A stretch of DNA of 64,000 bases from Dehalococcoidia bacterium (GTDB lineage: Bacteria; Chloroflexota; Dehalococcoidia; E44-bin15): assembly GCA_041653935.1 (NCBI GenBank), contig JBAZEO010000006.1:6504-70503 (forward strand). Reading direction: 5' to 3'. The position numbers were made by a program, and so were the translations under genes. The notes beneath the pieces were generated by a model that saw only the letters and a program-made list of their open reading frames with translations, did no database searches and was not told the origin of the DNA. Positions 61,591-64,000 of this stretch are shown piece after piece; the first letter of the stretch is position 1, and every line of letters starts with the position of its first letter.

Positions 61591-62064
61591 TTATACTCCC
61601 GCCGATCGACTTATGCTGCGTTTGAAGCCGTCGACCTCTTGTTGCAAGCACCTGATCTGCAGGTTCCGTATCTGCTCTGTCTTCTCCTTCTCCATGATCC
61701 TACGCCTCAGCGACTTCAGCTTTGCACGTAGATGATGGATCTGTGAGATAGCACTCTCGTACTGGGTCCCCAGCCAAAACACCTTATCGTGTAGGCATGG
61801 ACCACTCTGTGGATGGTATGTGTCAACTACATCAGTCGTCGCATCCACAGCCCTACGAAGCCGATAGTTTTCAGACTTCAGCTCATCAAGGCTGGTCGGC
61901 ATAGTCAGTGGGTGATTTGTGCACTCTGGGTACCAGTTGTACATGACCTCGCCGACAAGACCATCATTCAGTCTCTGACATGCTAACTCAGCGTTGCCGC
62001 ATGGAGCATGATCGCCGTTCTCACGCACCACACAGCAGTCCACTACTTTGTACCTGTTACCCAT
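61591..62064 (-). CDS. coiled-coil hypothetical protein
   Basis: 157 aa ORF. Confidence 0.45.
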   Translation of the reverse strand: MGNRYKVVDCCVVRENGDHAPCGNAELACQRLNDGLVGEVMYNWYPECTNHPLTMPTSLDELKSENYRLRRAVDATTDVVDTYHPQSGPCLHDKVFWLGTQYESAISQIHHLRAKLKSLRRRIMEKEKTEQIRNLQIRCLQQEVDGFKRSISRSAGV

Positions 62065-62299
62065 TGATGTACTCCTCGGTTACTACCGTGTTAGTGCTCC
62101 CACACAACGCGCAACCGTTCCGCCACTTGCCGTGACCTTGCTTGCTCCAAGCTATGGGCAACCACTCGTGATGACACTTGAGTTGCTTAGTACGACTCTT
62201 ACGTACAACACAGGTCACTACCTCTTCGTCTGTTGTGTGGTTGTAGCCATCGTGTAGAAAGATCATACCGTTGTGGATGGTCTTGTCCTCGGTACTCAT
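62057..62299 (-). CDS. hypothetical Cys/His-containing protein
   Basis: 80 aa ORF. Confidence 0.4.
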   Translation of the reverse strand: MSTEDKTIHNGMIFLHDGYNHTTDEEVVTCVVRKSRTKQLKCHHEWLPIAWSKQGHGKWRNGCALCGSTNTVVTEEYING

Positions 62300-62781
62300 A
62301 GACCCTCTCCCACGGCCTGTTTGAGCCTGTCATATTGCTGCTGGAGGCGTGCATACTCACTTCTTAGACGCTCGATGGTCTCTGGTCTTATGGCTAGCTG
62401 CTGCTCTAAGGCTATGATGGTTACTGTCCTTGAGGCTGCCTCTTTACACAGTTGAGCAATCTTAACTTGTAGGCCGTCAACTTTCTGAAGGGCGGCATCA
62501 AGCTGGTGTTGTAGCTCATTCACCAGAGCTCGTAGTGTGTTTATTGGCGGTACATCCCCACTGGCTAGAGGCATCTTCTGTTCGTTATCGCAGGGGTCGC
62601 CGTTAGTGTCCTGTCCACAGCGAAAGCACTCGTGCCAATGGCACTCCCATATCTGCTGACTACCCTCGAAGACACACTCGCACCTGTGGCTGAGTGCCTT
62701 CTCAAGCTGACGGATCTTCTTGTCCTTAGTTCCCATCTGAGTCTGGTCCTGTCTGGGGTCCTGAACGTGTGGCAAACCCAT
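62296..62781 (-). CDS. Cys/His-rich coiled-coil protein
   Basis: 161 aa. The likely start is MGTKDKK at 62736. Confidence 0.45.
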   Translation of the reverse strand: MGLPHVQDPRQDQTQMGTKDKKIRQLEKALSHRCECVFEGSQQIWECHWHECFRCGQDTNGDPCDNEQKMPLASGDVPPINTLRALVNELQHQLDAALQKVDGLQVKIAQLCKEAASRTVTIIALEQQLAIRPETIERLRSEYARLQQQYDRLKQAVGEGL

Positions 62782-62923
62782 TCACATACTCCAGTGTGAT
62801 GGCGAAAGACTGCTCTTGATTGAATCCTGATTCCAGGCATCCTTGATGCAGGTTCCATAGGATCCTACCAACTAACCTGATCGCTAAAGAAGCCTTCTCC
62901 ATCTCGTGGTTATCCAAGCCCAT
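62726..62923 (-). CDS. hypothetical protein
   Basis: 65 aa ORF, possibly starting at MEKASL (62902). Confidence 0.35.
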   Translation of the reverse strand: MGLDNHEMEKASLAIRLVGRILWNLHQGCLESGFNQEQSFAITLEYVNGFATRSGPQTGPDSDGN

Positions 62924-63158
62924 ATCTCAAGCTCTCCCTTCTTAGATTACGTACAGCCTGACTGACTACAGCAGCGTCGTACCACGTGAACGATAGATCC
63001 GTGTTGCTGGCGTACCGTGCAAGCCTCCTCAGCATCTCCACAGCATGCTCGTCATCGTAGATGAAGTAGTATCGCTCCTCGTCCTTGGCCAGCACTATGG
63101 AGTAAGTGACCATCTCAGTAGTACATCTTTCCTGTGCCACCACACTTCTCACAATCAA
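62910..63158 (-). CDS. hypothetical protein
   Basis: 82 aa ORF. Confidence 0.4.
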   Translation of the reverse strand: MIVRSVVAQERCTTEMVTYSIVLAKDEERYYFIYDDEHAVEMLRRLARYASNTDLSFTWYDAAVVSQAVRNLRRESLRYGLG

Positions 63159-63417
63159 GCAGATGCCGGTATCCAGATTCCTGCCTTACATAATGCCCCA
63201 GTCCTTCACATGACGGGCAGGGTGACGGCAACGGAGACGGCAATGGTTTGCGAGTCACATCATACATGACCAGCAGGCCACGGACGCACGCCTGCATGTC
63301 AGAGTGTGATTCTGGGTACTGCAAGTCCGGTCGCCATTCCTTGAGGCCTGCTAACAGCGTCTCAATGATCTGACTTTCGTGTAGTTCAAGTTTTGGTGGC
63401 AACGCTGGTTTTGACAT
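63115..63417 (-). CDS. DnaJ-type zinc-finger protein
   Basis: CPSCEGLG and CEKCGGTG (CxxCxGxG, twice). Confidence 0.45.
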   Translation of the reverse strand: MSKPALPPKLELHESQIIETLLAGLKEWRPDLQYPESHSDMQACVRGLLVMYDVTRKPLPSPLPSPCPSCEGLGHYVRQESGYRHLLDCEKCGGTGKMYY

Positions 63418-63430
63418 GACAGCCTCTCCC

Positions 63431-63640
63431 CTAGTTAAACACCCAAGCCACTACGAGCATGATGAGCATAGTCATCACGCACCCTGCCAGTATGACACCA
63501 CTATCAAACAGGTCAGAGGCCTCTCTAGCCCTTACACAGGGATGGGCTGGTACCCACACATATCTATCCGTGCTTTGCATCGTTGATCCTTTCTCGTTAT
63601 AGTATACGCTAACTTTTGCGTTGTGGGCTTTACGCGACAA
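63431..63640 (-). CDS. small membrane protein
   Basis: C-terminal TM segment VILAGCVMTMLIMLVVAWVF. The likely start is MQSTDRY at 63580, preceded by AAAGGA. Confidence 0.4.
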   Translation of the reverse strand: MSRKAHNAKVSVYYNEKGSTMQSTDRYVWVPAHPCVRAREASDLFDSGVILAGCVMTMLIMLVVAWVFN

Positions 63641-63684
63641 AACTGCGCGTTATAATAGCCAACGGCGGGGTATGCTACGCTATA

Positions 63685-63706
63685 ATACTATACTATAGTA
63701 TAGTAT
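63685..63706. promoter_or_regulatory. perfect 22 bp AT-rich palindrome (operator candidate)
   Basis: atactatacta|tagtatagtat. It lies 5 nt from the stop of the wHTH gene. A related copy is at about 12327-12350. Confidence 0.5.
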
Positions 63707-63710
63707 ATAG

Positions 63711-63992
63711 TTAGGTAGTGGATTGAGGAAACACCTCATCAAAGAGCTTGCGTAGCTTAGACGTGAGCCTGTACCGTGGTCTACCCTTGACACCCTTAGA
63801 GACCTTGGGCTGGTACACCTCAGTGACGTGTATAGCCTTCAAGAACCTCAGTAGCGTACGCACTCTACTGTCTTCCTTGGTGAGCAAGTGTGCAAGGCTA
63901 GTAGGTTCCAAGCCTATGTCTCCTGTACCGTGTAGGTGGGCTGCTATGGCTAGGGTCTGGCCTCTACTAGTGTCTAGGGCTACCTGCCTCAC
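63711..63992 (-). CDS. winged-helix DNA-binding protein
   Basis: 93 aa with LLRFLKAIHVTEVYQP...KGRPRYRLTSK (recognition helix plus wing pattern). No open + frame in this region. Confidence 0.45.
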   Translation of the reverse strand: MRQVALDTSRGQTLAIAAHLHGTGDIGLEPTSLAHLLTKEDSRVRTLLRFLKAIHVTEVYQPKVSKGVKGRPRYRLTSKLRKLFDEVFPQSTT

Positions 63993-64000
63993 TCTCCTCA

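Noticed and set aside
1-64000. Prophage boundaries, integrase or att sites
   Set aside because: No tyrosine or serine integrase motif and no flanking bacterial housekeeping genes are visible. Whether this is a free phage or a prophage cannot be decided from this window.

Overview
The window reads as most of a tailed dsDNA phage or prophage genome with a long-tail morphology. GC is moderately high by eye and coding is dense. I see three transcription blocks. (1) Bases 1-12215, minus strand: a replication/recombination module with family A DNA polymerase, HNH-like protein, an uncalled CsrA homologue, AAA_24/Sak4-like ATPase, PD-(D/E)XK nuclease, family 4 UDG and RuvC-like resolvase. (2) Bases 12459-18360, plus strand: an early block with a ParB-like protein, HTH protein, UvrD-like SF1 helicase and small proteins. 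(3) Bases 18646-63992, minus strand: a 9 kb sugar-biosynthesis/glycosyltransferase island, then tail genes (tape measure, -1 frameshifted chaperones, tube, SGNH-esterase fibre, beta-propeller glycosidase). These are followed by a lysis-like cluster, head genes (capsid, scaffold/protease, a 1458 aa MuF polyvalent protein, portal), a large terminase split into two ORFs, the small terminase, and small Cys-rich genes. I found no rRNA, tRNA, CRISPR array or integrase. The strongest candidate for something undescribed is at 6900-8565. There, a gene for an IS110-type recombinase that lacks its RuvC/DEDD domain is flanked on each side by seven tandem hairpin units. The stems covary and the loops carry an invariant TCGGTTACA nonamer. 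The second is an intein in the HPN|CRC motif of the MuF protein. Its interior is the codon-registered antisense of a Vsr-like endonuclease ORF. All protein-family calls come from motif recognition by eye on the translations, not from database searches.
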